Origin: Glaucostegus cemiculus
Lineage: Eukaryota
NCBI GenBank assembly: GCA_976551045.1
Contig: CDPCPM010000049.1
Location: 682,001-746,000, forward strand
Direction: 5' to 3'
Length of the DNA stretch: 64,000 nucleotides
The notes beneath the pieces were generated by a model. It was not told the origin of the DNA. It ran no database searches and saw only the letters and a list, made by a program, of their open reading frames with translations. This document shows positions 13,501-24,900 of this stretch, piece after piece. Position numbers and translations under genes: made by a program. How positions within the stretch are numbered: position 1 is the first letter of the stretch; each line of letters starts with the position of its first letter.

Positions 13501-16500
13501 TCTGCTTCACGCCCTTTGTCTGCAAGTTCAGTGACCATCTGGAAGGAAACAATAAGTAATATGATCAGAAGTACAGCAAATCAACCGGATGCACAAAGGT
13601 AGTGGTCAGTGAGATGAGGAGCAGTTATGTTAGTATATTAAGCAAAATCAAGATAGGTTACTTCCGACACTGGAAGCCTTGAAACTTGCCGAGGACGTGA
13701 TATTGTAAAAAATGTGACATCTTGCTAGAGTTTTAAACTCATCTGATTGTGTACACGGCATCAACTTCCATAGTTTTTCATACTTTATGTCCCATTGTCT
13801 CCAACAGCCCACTGCATTAAATTGCCTCTGTGTGACTAACTATGTGATCAAGCGCTGATGGATCCCAGCAGTATCCCCATAATATGCATTGCTAAATAAC
13901 CACAGTTTAATTACAGACAGATTTATGCGCCGCTTACAACAAAGGTACGCAACGTCAAATGTGGCGTGATGGATCTGGTAAATATCTGGATATTCCAGCT
14001 TCTTTCATGCATCCAAATGTTGGTTGATTGAACTGCATCATTTGAAAGGGCAGCGTAGTGGCAGCTCAGGACTTGGGAGTGCTAGGTGCCTGGAACGTGT
14101 TGTCAGGGAAAACATTGGAAGCAGGTACGAAAGCACATGAACAGGCAGACAGTGTACGGATACAAATCACATGCAGGCGATTGGGATGAGTTGAAATTGG
14201 CAATATAGTCGGCACAGGTATCATTGGCCAAATGGCCTGTTCCTGTGCTGTTCTCTTCTGTGTTCCATGTTAAATTCCAACTGAGCCTCCCATAATTTCC
14301 AGTAGGAACACCGCTCACTTCAAACTCAGCAAGTGTTTCAAACACTCAGCAGATCAGCAGTAGCTGTGGAATGAGAATATTTCAGCTCGGAGACTTTGCT
14401 GGAACTGAGAACGTGAGATTAAATTGCACAGAATGTGGAGAGGAGAAGGGGAATATCAATAATGAGTTGAAGCTATGGTTGCTGCAGGGATGAACTGCTA
14501 ATAGAGCAGTTAGAGGCATCAGAGAAGTGTAATGTGTTGTAAATAGCAGGATACGCTGTCCAACTAGAGAGGGGAAAAATGTGCCAGTGTTGAAATGGGT
14601 GGACTGCAGTGGTAAAGGCCAGAAAGCAAGTCCAACAACAACACAAAGTGATGCAAACACTCCGCATGTCAGCCAGAATCTCTGGATCAAGAAATGGAGT
14701 TGGTGACTGTTCTTCATAACTCAGGCTGCAAGACTGATTCTCAGTTTTCACTGGGTAAAGCTTCGTGTGGATTATCCCGTTGAGTTCCATCTGAGCAGTT
14801 CCTCGTGTTAAGGCCATGACGCCAGTTCGAGCCGATCAGCTAGGACCCCAGTTCCAACTGATCCAAACTATTATCATCAGAGGGTAACCCTGAGTTCTAT
14901 CTGATCTTGGTTCTACTTCCCTCCAATTCCAATGGTAGCAAATCTAATCCACAGATTGTAACACACCATTGTCTAAAACTAACCACTCCTTCACCAACTG
15001 GTTTTCAGTTCAAACGGCATGTCTCCTTCATCCCAGATTCCAAGAAATGGATTGATGTTTCATCACTAGAGTGACACCTAGTCCAAACTGACCTAATTCC
15101 ATAAAAACTGTGACCCTCATTTGCAAATGAAAGACAACCACTTTCAAGAGGGCAATTACCTGTTCTAAATGTGCAGGGTTAAACTGCAAGTGGGGACACC
15201 CAGTTCTGTCCAATCCCCAGACTGTGTACTCAAATTCCAATACACTTACTAAAGTCCAAGCGCTGTTCCTCATATTTCTGTGAGACAGGCCGGTGATTCC
15301 AAAACTGACCCCCGAGTTCAAACTCTCCGTCTTCCAACAACCTGTCTCCAGTAACAACCATCTACTCTAATCCCTAGAAATTGATTCTCAGATCTGACAA
15401 TGTCCTCTAATCTTGTGAATGGCTCTGAGTTCCTGCTGACACACTCAAAACTGGAACAGACACTTGCAACTGACCAACCACTAATTCAGTTCAAACTGAC
15501 AGACATCTCCTTCCCAGACTGTGGCACATCCAAAGCTTAGTTCCCCCCACCCCATTAATGGACCAACTCCTAAACCCCAAACAGCGAACTGCAGCTCCAT
15601 CTGACCGACCACTCATCCAGCAAAAGGCCATTCATTGTAACTCCAAAACATATAATCCCAACACTGATTCCTTTCTAACTGGGCAATCAAATTGGAAAAA
15701 TGCAACCCTCAGTTCTAGATCCATTTTACCAATCGTATTTATTCCACTTCGCTGATCTTTGACCCTTCACTAATGGGGACGGCTTTTCCATTAACTCCTT
15801 CCTTACTTTTTTCAGATTTTAGCTCATTAACCTTCTGTTCTGCAGAGAGCAAATCTAACTCCTCCAATTTATCCAAATACCTGAAGTCCCTCTTTCTTGA
15901 GTAAGCTTTTTAGCACCCTCCCTAAAGACCTCCTGTCGTACTTGAGTGTGCCCCCAGATCTGGGCGCAATGATCCATTTTTTCTAGTGATAGAGTTCTCC
16001 AAACTCTGATACCAGTTTCTGGCTCTTGCACTCTCTGTATGTGTTTACACTGCTCAGGGCTCTGTACAGTTATAAAACCCTATTTCACACTAACCCTTCT
16101 CCTTTCATCAAAGGATACATGTAAACCCGCACTCTTTCCTTACTTGTACTCTTTTGAAAATTGCAGCCTCTCCTATACATTGCCTTTTCCCTCTCTTCCT
16201 ACCAAAACGTACACAATTCTTAATGAATGTGAACACCAACGACCCTCCGAAACCACTGACCTGTTGCTCTCTCCTTGAAATATACTATACTCCTCACATT
16301 TTACTACACCTCTACATTTTGTTTTGACCTGTACATCCAGATCTAATTCACGTATGCATGTTCAGAAAAATCAGCAGGTCCCTGGCTGACCCCAGCAGAA
16401 TTTGGTCCGAGCACTAGTCAAATCAGTACTCCCAGTACTCTCTCCGTTCCCGCTACTGAGCCATTACCTTTCCTTGCTGTTTCAGCCTATTATTCCACGC

Positions 16501-19500
16501 TATTCAAATCTGATGAAAAGCCTAAAATGCCTTTGGAAATCCATAGAATCTACATCAACAGGATTCTAGATTTAGTTCATTGAAAATCTTCAGTAAGTTA
16601 GTTAAACGTGATTTCTCATCAATAAATCGCTAATGGTTTTCTCTTCTATATCCACATTTAACCAAGTGATAGCAACTTCCCCCTGTTTCTGGCTGTGAAT
16701 CCTTGTTTCTGCCACCTCCGGGTGAAAACATGTTTGCGTTTATATTTCCATCCAAATACCCGAATCTCGGGCTCCTGTTCTTTGCTTCACCACCCTAACC
16801 TCGCCCCTTGACCTGGCGGAGACAAAACAATGCATCCTTGCAATACACTGTATTGGCGCCTAATGCATTTGTGTTCTGTCAATCACATCATTTTTCCTCT
16901 TTTGTAAAGATGAGTCTTACTTTATCCAATCTTCACTTGCATCTGTAGGTTTAAAGCCGTTGCGGCTCCCTCTGGACTGCACTATTTCCGCTGCAATCAC
17001 GACATTCATGTGATGACCAGAAATGCACTCAGCATGCAATTCTAGCAAAGTTTCACGGTTCGTATATTCTGTGACTTGAGTAATAAACAATTTATTTTCA
17101 CATGTTCAAGTGCCTTATGACCTCTCTCCCTCTACCATACGGGAATCTCTGCACAAAGGGTCGAATAAACCTCCTTTTTCAAAGCAGTCAACCTCTTTCT
17201 TTATTGCGTATTCCATTTAAATTTTCCAACTACTAATTCAGTACGTTATATTTCTCCTGGATCAAATTCAATTTGCTATGTCTCTGCCAAGCTGATCAGT
17301 CTAGATATGTCTCCCTGACTTCTAAAACTTCACACAGCACGGTCATTAGTATTTGAATCATTTTATCATCTGCAAATATTGTTATTTCCAACAACAGGGC
17401 ACTTCTTCAGCACTGCACTCGAATGTTCGCTTAGTCATTACTTCTCGAATTCTGCAGCAGGTTTTCAAATCAGAATTGGTTGAACTGCCATAGTACTGCC
17501 TTCTATCTGAAGAGATTTATTTTGTCTGAACACAAGATCTCATTTCAATGTCACTTTCTTGTAAATCTATTAACCCACTTTTCTTCAATTATTGTTGCCT
17601 CCACATAGGCTTTCAGACACAGAACACACGGTACAAACTCCAGAATATTGTGTATTTAACGGGTAGAATTTCCCCACCTTCCTCATCCAATGTGGTTTAC
17701 CCACTCACCTGATGATCTGCTGCATTAAATTGTTCTTTGAACATCAATGTTAGGCTGACCCCTTTCACTCCTTGTTCCATCGCCTGTACCAATCTGGGTT
17801 GGTAGAAGTTCGTCACATTGAATATGTCACAATCACTAAAACGCTGAAGAATTGGAGAAACTGTATCTGTAGAAGTAAATTACAGAAATATATTGAGAAT
17901 AATGCAAGAAATAACAACTGCATTTGTATAAGTCGTTTTTCCTCGTTAAAGATACACCATTTGTACTTAAAAGCGGATGAAACATTTCACTACTGTAACA
18001 CAACAAATGTTACTTTGTGCACAGTAAATTCTCTCTCCGTCTCGCTTCTTGTCTCTTTAGCGGCCTTTAGAGGTTAAGCTTCATTCTCACATGGGTACTG
18101 CCTGGATGATGGGATCTCTAGGGGCAGGGCACAGATGAACAATACATGGAGGGCGACTGACTTGCTTATTATGTGCGCATTCATTCATCTATTTACGCTG
18201 ACGTTCTGTCTGCTCCTCATGCATAGGCACAAGGTTCGTGGACCTTTCCGAATGTACCTTTTCCACTTTCAGCAGTTATAGGCCAAAAAATGCCCATCGT
18301 TTATGGGAATATTGTGTTTATTTTTCAAGAATGCTGAGCAAATATCTCTGAAACTTTGTTTGCCACTGTCCTCTTTACGATCACTTTCACTTGCAGAGCT
18401 CGGAGTTGATAATCTGCTTGGAGAGTCTTGTGATAGCCATGTGACCAATGTGACCTGCCCAATGGAATAAAACGATGATTGTCTTCATAAAGAAGGCACA
18501 AAAAGCTGCCAAAATGCCAGAGAGCCAAATGTCTGCCATGAATGAGGAACAGGAGGAAAAAAAGAACTTGTAAGAAAAATAGTGGTGGTGAGACTGAACA
18601 TGGATAATCCACATTGCAGGTTATCTACATCGCAGTTTTTTTAAAAAGAAAAAGTAGCTTTGGCAATAGTGAACCTACTTATTAGCATCTTTTGCAATTC
18701 TATAAAATCTGGAAATGATCCTGTAGCTTGGAGGGTGGCAAACCTTACCCTGGTATTTAAGAAAGCAAGTAAAGATAACACAGGGAACCTCAAGCCTCAG
18801 ATATTATTGGTATTGGTTTATTATTGTCACTTGTACTGAGGTACAGTGAAAAACTTGTCTTACAAACCAATCGTACAGGTCAATTCATTACACACTGCAG
18901 TTACATTGAGTTAGTACAAACTGCATTGATGTAGTACAGGTAAAAACAGTAACAGTACAGAGTAAAGTGTCACAGCTACAAAGAAAGTGCAGTGCAATAA
19001 GGTTCAAGGTCACAACAAGGTAGATCGTGAGATCATAGCATTCAATAGTCTTATCACAGTGGGGTAGAAGTTGTCTTTAAGTCTTGTGGTATGTGCCCTC
19101 AGACACCTGTATCTTCTACCCAATGGAAGAGAGAAGAGAGAATGTCCTGGGTGGGTGGGTTCTTTGATTATGCTGGCCGCTACACCAAGACAACGAGAGG
19201 TAAAGACAGAGTCCAAGGAGGGGAGGCTGGTGTCTGTGATGCACTGGACTGTTTCCACAACTCTGCAGCTTCTTGCAGTCCTGGGCAGAGCAGTTGCTGT
19301 ACCAAGCCGTGATACATCCAGATAGGATGCTTTCAAAGGTGCATCAGTAAAAGTTGGAGAGAGTCAAAGGGGACAAACCAAATTTCTTTAGCCTCCTGAG
19401 GAAGAAGCACTGGTGAGCTTTCTTGGCCATGGCATCTATGTGATTTGACCAGGACAGGCTGGTGATGTTCACACCCAGGAAATGAAGCTCTCAAACCTCT

Positions 19501-21813
19501 TGACCTCAGCACCATTGATGTAGACAGCTACATGTATGCCACCCCCTTTCATGAAGTCAATGACCAGCTCTTTTGTTTTGTTGACATTGAGGGAAAAGTT
19601 GTCATTGACACCATTCCACTAAGCTCTCCATCTCTTTCCTGTACTCCGACTCCTGTATCTCAAACAGCTGAGCAGCTTCCAAACCAAACAGTGATACATT
19701 GAGTTAGGATGCTCTCAATGGTCCCCCTATAGAAGGTTTTCAGGACAGAGGGATGGGGGTGCGCTTTCCTCAGTCTCCGCAGGAAGTAGAGGCGTTTCTG
19801 AGCTTTCTTTGTGAGGGCCGTAATGTTAGTGGACCAGGTCAGGTCGTCGGTGATGTGCACCCCCAGGAACTTGGTGCTGCGTACTTGTTCTCCACGCAAG
19901 TCAACGCGCACCGATGGATGACGATGTGTTGTTCAAAACTGATACCAGTTACTAAATTGTCCTCAGACTCTCTCCTCTGTTAAATGTTACGAGCAACCTA
20001 CTGTGCATATCGCTGGATTGGAAAACTGGCATGAGAATCGCGGAGCAAATTTATGTGCAGATTCTTCTGGGTGTGGACCGATGTCCAAGACTTTCAGTCA
20101 ATCAAACAGCTTCAGGTGCCTGACCTGACAACTTCATGAAGCACAAAATCTGAGCCAAAGGAATTTCAGTGGCCTGGACAAATATTACTTTGGTGTCTGG
20201 GCAGTGGGAGCAGTATGGGATCCGTCGTCTTTCACTCCAAATGCCAGCAGACTTGGCCTGTTACCACGCTGTAAATTCAATTTTTTAAAATTTTTAAATT
20301 TTTATTTCAGACAGGTCATGTGTTTCAACTGACGGAGCACCTAAGCTCAACTCACACCATGAGTTCACCATATAATGTCTATCATCAACAAGAGAGTCCA
20401 ACCACCCGTTTTTGATATTCAATGGCATTACCATCACCAGTTCTCCCAAGGTTAATATTCTGGGGCATTGCCATTTGCCAGAAAGTTCACAGAATGAGCC
20501 ACATAATTACTGTGACCATGAATAATTCGGGCCGACGGATCCTGCGGTGAGGATCTCATCTCCAAGTACCCCAGATACTCTTCATCAATTACAAAGCACA
20601 TATCAGTTCTGTGATGCCTAAATAAGAACCAGTTTTAGACATTTGGAAACTCTGATAATTCAGATTCACTGGTACTGGAATCAGTGTCCTGAAGATTCAT
20701 TTCCTCAACCATCAGCACACAGTAACTGCAGAACGTACCATCTATAAAGTGCGCTGCAGTTAGTTCCTCATTTCATTCCGAGAGGCCAACCAAAACCCGT
20801 GACTCATGCCACTCAGAAAAAGTATGGCAGCCTGTGCTTGAGAACAACTTCAGCTTCACTCACAGTCCCACACTATCCTGACTTGGAATATATTGTTTTT
20901 CCTTCAAAACCTCCGGATCAAAATGCTGCAACATCCTGCTCAAGAACACATGGGAATGTCTTCAGAGAGATTGCAACAGTTCAAGAAAGTGGATCACCAA
21001 CATTTTAGCAATAGAAATCAGAGGTGGAAAGAACTACTAACAATGCCAGTGGTGCAAGCATTCAAAGAATACACCAATAAAGAAAGCTAGTGAAGAAACC
21101 AATAAAGAAATCTCCCCGCCCATCCTTCCCCACCTGCGGGAAGAGTGTGCAGGTGAGTTGGACTCACAAACAGCTGACCAAAGACCAAGGCGATCTATCG
21201 CCTGTGATTTAAAATATGACACTTCTGGGAGTTTTTTTTAATTGTCTATCTTGATCTGACTTTACTAATTTCCAGAGCTGATACCAACGTCAAGGAATTA
21301 AGTTATCTGAGACCTGGTCCATCAGACAACTATTTTGGGCAATTTCTCACATCAGATTTCTAATGCTATTGATCACGAGAAGAAAAGACGATCATGGAAT
21401 CGTCCACCATGGAAACACAGCTCACACTGATCGCCAAGTACTCATTAGTGAATACGCTTTGTTCTCTCCACATCCCAACCAACCACTGACATTCTGCCAC
21501 ACACAGCCCAAATTCAGTGGCAAATTAACACAATTAACATAGCCACTGGCAAATGCAAAGGACGGGGTTGAACAGTTTGTCATTAAATCTGTGTGGAAAT
21601 AGATAGATGACCTGGGCCACTGTGGCCAACTGGAGTCACAGGCCATTTCAAACCTGATCAAGGAGCTGTTATTAGCAACAGTGATTACACTACTTACGCC
21701 ACTGCGGGACTAACTACTAAAACTGAACCAAATTTCCCGTAATTTATTTTGCACTTGCCTGGGTTTGCTTGTGTTCCAGGTAGCTCCTGATTCCCATTTG
21801 AATTTGCAGCCAT
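1499..21813 (-). CDS. NLR-A: CARD-like/FISNA/NACHT/LRR NOD-like receptor (chondrichthyan NLRC3/NLRP3-like family), multi-exon, about 1236 aa
   Basis: Hand-spliced coding exons (minus): 21813-21759, 17866-17709, 13538-13367, 13264-13199, 10068-8277, 5838-5752, 5121-4951, 4769-4599, 4415-4245, 4047-3877, 3692-3522, 3317-3147, 2957-2787, 2529-2367, 1519-1499. All phases are compatible and total 3711 nt. Walker A GVPGIGKT, Walker B LLFIFDGFDE, sensor-1 TTR, winged-helix FPHLTIQEFVAA. Confidence 0.88.
1690..2180 (-). mobile_element. Old CR1 LINE 3' fragment
   Basis: Residual CR1 RT-like sequence (accaaaactacacgcactactccag; gcctacattccatttgcct). Confidence 0.45.
2367..2529 (-). CDS. NLR-A penultimate exon (partial LRR, then frameshifted tail)
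   Basis: LARIGISDSCSEDLISSLSTVQKMKDVNLGSSFSSDQPDSPFSTTDQQESGVDA; 163 nt versus 168 nt in the paralog; donor GTAAGT. Confidence 0.75.
2787..5121 (-). CDS. NLR-A array of seven 171-nt RNase-inhibitor-type LRR exons
   Basis: Exons 5121-4951, 4769-4599, 4415-4245, 4047-3877, 3692-3522, 3317-3147, 2957-2787. Each encodes LxxNxLTxSCAxDLxSAL...LxLxxNxLGDSGVKxLxxALxxPxCKIQxL. Confidence 0.92.
5140..5640. repeat. GA-rich low-complexity tract
   Basis: Purine-rich (GA)n/GAAA runs in an NLR-A intron; a similar tract lies at 2540-2660. Confidence 0.7.
5752..5838 (-). CDS. NLR-A first (87-nt) LRR exon
   Basis: LEGNNLGDSGMKILSKILTEPKSEIQALG; phase 2-2. Confidence 0.88.
6741..8143 (+). mobile_element. 5'-truncated CR1 LINE (RT and 3' end, disrupted)
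   Basis: ORFs 6926..7171 (VDVVYMDFSKAFDKVPH) and 7242..7955 (KFVGDTKIGG, RPNLEYCVQFW), with stops and frameshifts. Confidence 0.92.
8277..10068 (-). CDS. NLR-A FISNA-like + NACHT + HD1/WH/HD2 exon
   Basis: ORF 8273..10120 with intact NACHT motifs; acceptor caaAG, donor GTGATT; 1792 nt. Confidence 0.95.
10945..11930 (+). mobile_element. Degenerate CR1 3' fragments
   Basis: CR1 3'-end-like sequence (gggcataggcttaaggtg...aagggcctgttccc) and a second older piece (gagaccacatctgg). Confidence 0.6.
12140..13130 (-). mobile_element. Old CR1/L2-group LINE fragment
   Basis: Reverse strand reads FSCFINGLPSIIRSEV (RT domain); same family as 20410-21020 on plus. Confidence 0.6.
13199..13264 (-). CDS. 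NLR-A 66-nt linker exon
   Basis: GTALPSYAAIPERIPEVPSHLK; phase 1-1; same size as paralog exon 49713-49778 and shares EVPSxLK. Confidence 0.82.
13367..13538 (-). CDS. NLR-A exon, C-terminal half of CARD-like domain
   Basis: MVTELADKGREAESSKLLLDMVMMKGPSAQRVMWESFANMRHGVPKLDSILKDVEEH; 172 nt, same size as paralog exon 49441-49612. Confidence 0.9.
15780..17400 (-). mobile_element. Highly degenerate CR1 fragments
   Basis: Residual RT motifs (ggaaatccatagaatctacatc; tcatctgcaaat). Confidence 0.4.
17709..17866 (-). CDS. NLR-A exon, N-terminal half of CARD-like domain
   Basis: DTVSPILQRFSDCDIFNVTNFYQPRLVQAMEQGVKGVSLTLMFKEQFNAADHQ; AG/GT bounded; homologous to 48493-48659. Confidence 0.85.
18325..18620 (-). 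mobile_element. RTE-clade LINE C-terminal fragment
   Basis: HWAGHIGHMAITRLSKQIINSEL matches the RTE-type RWAGHVxRMxxxRLPKxxxYxEL motif. Confidence 0.6.
18803..19652 (-). mobile_element. Rex1/Babar-type LINE 3' fragment
   Basis: Closely similar reverse complement of 35735-36615; ORF 19010..19336 (PTHPGHSLF...TTRLKDNFYP). Confidence 0.88.
19657..19920 (-). mobile_element. Second Rex1/Babar subfamily fragment
   Basis: [36 protein letters not shown]...IESILTQCITVWFG. Confidence 0.8.
20410..21020 (+). mobile_element. Old CR1/L2-group LINE 3' fragment
   Basis: Shares motifs with the reverse complement of 12140-12800 (atcctgacttggaatatatt; gttcaagaa). Confidence 0.55.
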
Positions 21814-21839
21814 GTTGATCATAGCATCTGTAGCCGTTT
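21759..21839 (-). CDS. NLR-A start-codon exon (MAANSNGNQELPGTQANP)
   Basis: Acceptor ttcacAG, aacATGGCT at 21813, 18 codons + G (same coding length and phase as the NLR-B start exon), GC-type donor GCAAGT. Confidence 0.72.
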
Positions 21840-21904
21840 CTGTGAAGACATGCAAGGAGAAACGGTGGCATTAGCTTTCATGCCATTGGGAGTTTAATTT
21901 GAAT

Positions 21905-24900
21905 TCAGAATCATAGAACCATTGAAGACTACAGCACAGAAAACAGGCCATTCGGCCCTTCTAGTCTATGCCGAAATATTATTCTGCCAGTCCCATTCAC
22001 CTGCACCCAGTTCATAACCCTCCAGACCTCTCCTGTCCATGTATCTATCCAATTTATTCTTAAAACTCAAGAGTGAGCTTGCATTTACTGCATCAGATGG
22101 CAGCCTGTTCCACACTCTCACCACCTGCTGAGTGAGGAAGTTCCCCAAATGTTCCTCCTAAACCTTTCCCCTTTCACCCTAAAGCCATGTCCTCTTGTAC
22201 TTATCCCTCCTAATCTAGGTGGAAAGAGCCTACTCGCATTTACTCTGTCTATGCCCCTCATAATTTTGTAAACTTCTATCAAATCTCACCTCATTCTTCT
22301 ATGCTCCAAGGAATAAGGTCCTAACCTGTTCAATCCTTCCCTGTGACTCAACTCCTGAAGACCCAGCAACATTCTAGTAAATCTTCTCTGCACTCTTTCA
22401 ATCTTACTGATAGCCTTCCTATAGCTAGGTGACCAGAACTGCACACATTACTCCAAATTTGGCCTCAATATCTGAAACAACTTCACCATAACATCCCAGC
22501 TCCTATACTCAGTACTTTGATTTATGAATGCCAGGATGCCAAAAGCCTCTTTTACAATCCTGTCTACCCATGACACCACAATCAGGGAATTATGTATCTG
22601 AAATCACAGATCCCTTTGTTCCTCTGCACTCCTCAGTGCTCTACCATTTACTGTGTATGTCCTACCTTGATTTGTCCTTCCAAAATGCACACCTCACACT
22701 TGTCTGCATTAAATTCCATCTGCCACTTTCTGGCCCATTTTTCCAGTTGGTCCAGATCCCTCTGTAAGCCTTGAAAGCCTTCCTCGCTGTCCACAACGCC
22801 TCCAATCTTCGTGTCATCAGCAAACTTGCTGATCCAATTTACCACATCATCTAGATCATTGATGTAGACAACAAACAACAATGGCCCCAGCACAGATCCC
22901 TGAGGCACACCACTGGTCACAGGCCTCCAGTCTGAGAATCAATCATCCACTACCACTTTCTATCTTCTCCTACACAGTCAATTTTGAATCCAGTTAACAA
23001 CCTTTCCATGGATACCTAGTGTCTGAACCTTCTGACCTAACCTCCCATTTGGGACCTTGTCAAAGACCTTACTAAAGCCCATGTAGACAACATCCACAGC
23101 CTTTCCTTCATCTACTTTCTTGGTAAACTCCTGGAAAAACTCTACAAAATTCGTTTAACATGGTCTACCATGCACAAAGTCATGCTGACTATCCTTAATC
23201 AGCCCTTGATTGTCCAAATACTTGTACATCCAATCTCTCAGAACACCTTCCAATAATTTACCTACTACTAATGTCAGGCTCACCAGCCTGTAATTAACTG
23301 GTTTACTTTTAGATCCGTTCTTAAACAATGGAACATCATGAGCTATCCTCCAGTCCTCCAGCACCACACCCGTGGCTAAGGACATTTTAAATACATCTGC
23401 CAGGGCCCCTGCAATTTCTACACTAGTCCCTCTCAATATCCAAGGAAATACCTTATCAGGCCCAGGGGATATATCTAACTTTATTCACTGTAAGGCAGCA
23501 AGCACCTCCTCTTTAATCTCTATATGTTCAATGACACTACTGCTCGTTTCCCTTCCTTCCATATCCACTATGCCAGTTTCTTGAGTAACTGCTGATTCCA
23601 AAAAAAAACTTTAGGATTTCCCCCATCCCAAGGCTCCACACATAGACGGCCGCTCTGATCTTCAAGAAGAATTTTCTCCCTTACTATCCTTTTACTCTTA
23701 ATATACTTGTAGAAACCCTTCAGGTTTACCTTCACATTATCTGCCAAAGCAGATGTCTTCTTTTCACCTTCCTGATTTCCTTTTCTAGTATTTTCTTACT
23801 TTTTCTATACTCTTCAATTACCTCATTTGTTCCTAGTTGCCTATACCTGCTATACACCTCTTTCTTAACCAGACCACCAATATCCCTTGAAAACCAAGGT
23901 TCCCTATGCTTGTTAACTTTGGCTTTAATCCTGGCAGGAACGTGCAAACTCTGTACTCTCAAAATTTCACCTTTAAAGGCTTTCCACTTACTGAGCACAT
24001 CCCTGCCAGAAAACAACTTATCCCAGTCTACTCTTCCTAGAATCTCTCTCATTTCCACTAAATTGGTTTTTCTCCAATTTAGAACCTCAACTCGAGGACT
24101 AGACCTGTCTTTCTCCATAATTAACTTGAAACTAATGACATTATGGAATGCTCACCTACACATACTTCTGTCACCTGACCTGTCTGGTTCCCTAATAGGA
24201 GAACAAGTATTTCATTCTCTCTCGTTGGTACCTCTATATATTGATTTAGAAAACTTTCCTGAACACATTTGACAAATTCCAAGCCATCCAGCCCTTTCAC
24301 AGTGTGGGAGTCCCAGTCAATATGTGGAAGGTTAAAATCCCCTGCTATTTCAACTTACTGTGTCTTACATCAGTCTGCTATCTCACTACAGATTTGCTCC
24401 TCCAATTCTCTCTGACTATTGGGCGGTCTATAATACAACCCTATTAGTGTAGCCACACCCTTCCTGTTCCTCACCTCCACCCATATGGCCTCTGCAGACA
24501 AGCCCTCCAGGCTGTCCTGACTATGCACAGCGGTGATTTTTCTCCTTGACTAGTAATGCCACTCCTCCCCCTTTCAGCCCTCCCCCTCTATCACGTCTGA
24601 AATAACTGCACCCCGGGACATTAAGCTGACAGTCCTGCCCTTCCTGCATCCAAGTCTCACTAATAGCAATAATGTCATAATCCCAAGTGCTAATCCACGC
24701 CCTAAACCTCAGTTACTACAATACTTCTTGCATTGAAATAGATGCACCCGAGAACATTTCTATCACGTACAAACTTTTGATTTCTGTCTATACCTGCAGT
24801 CCTCGCGTGACCTTTCTCCTCCTCCACCTCACTATCTGCTCTAACACTCTAGTTCACCTTGCCTTGCAAATCTAGTTTAAACCTCCAGAGCAGCACTAGC

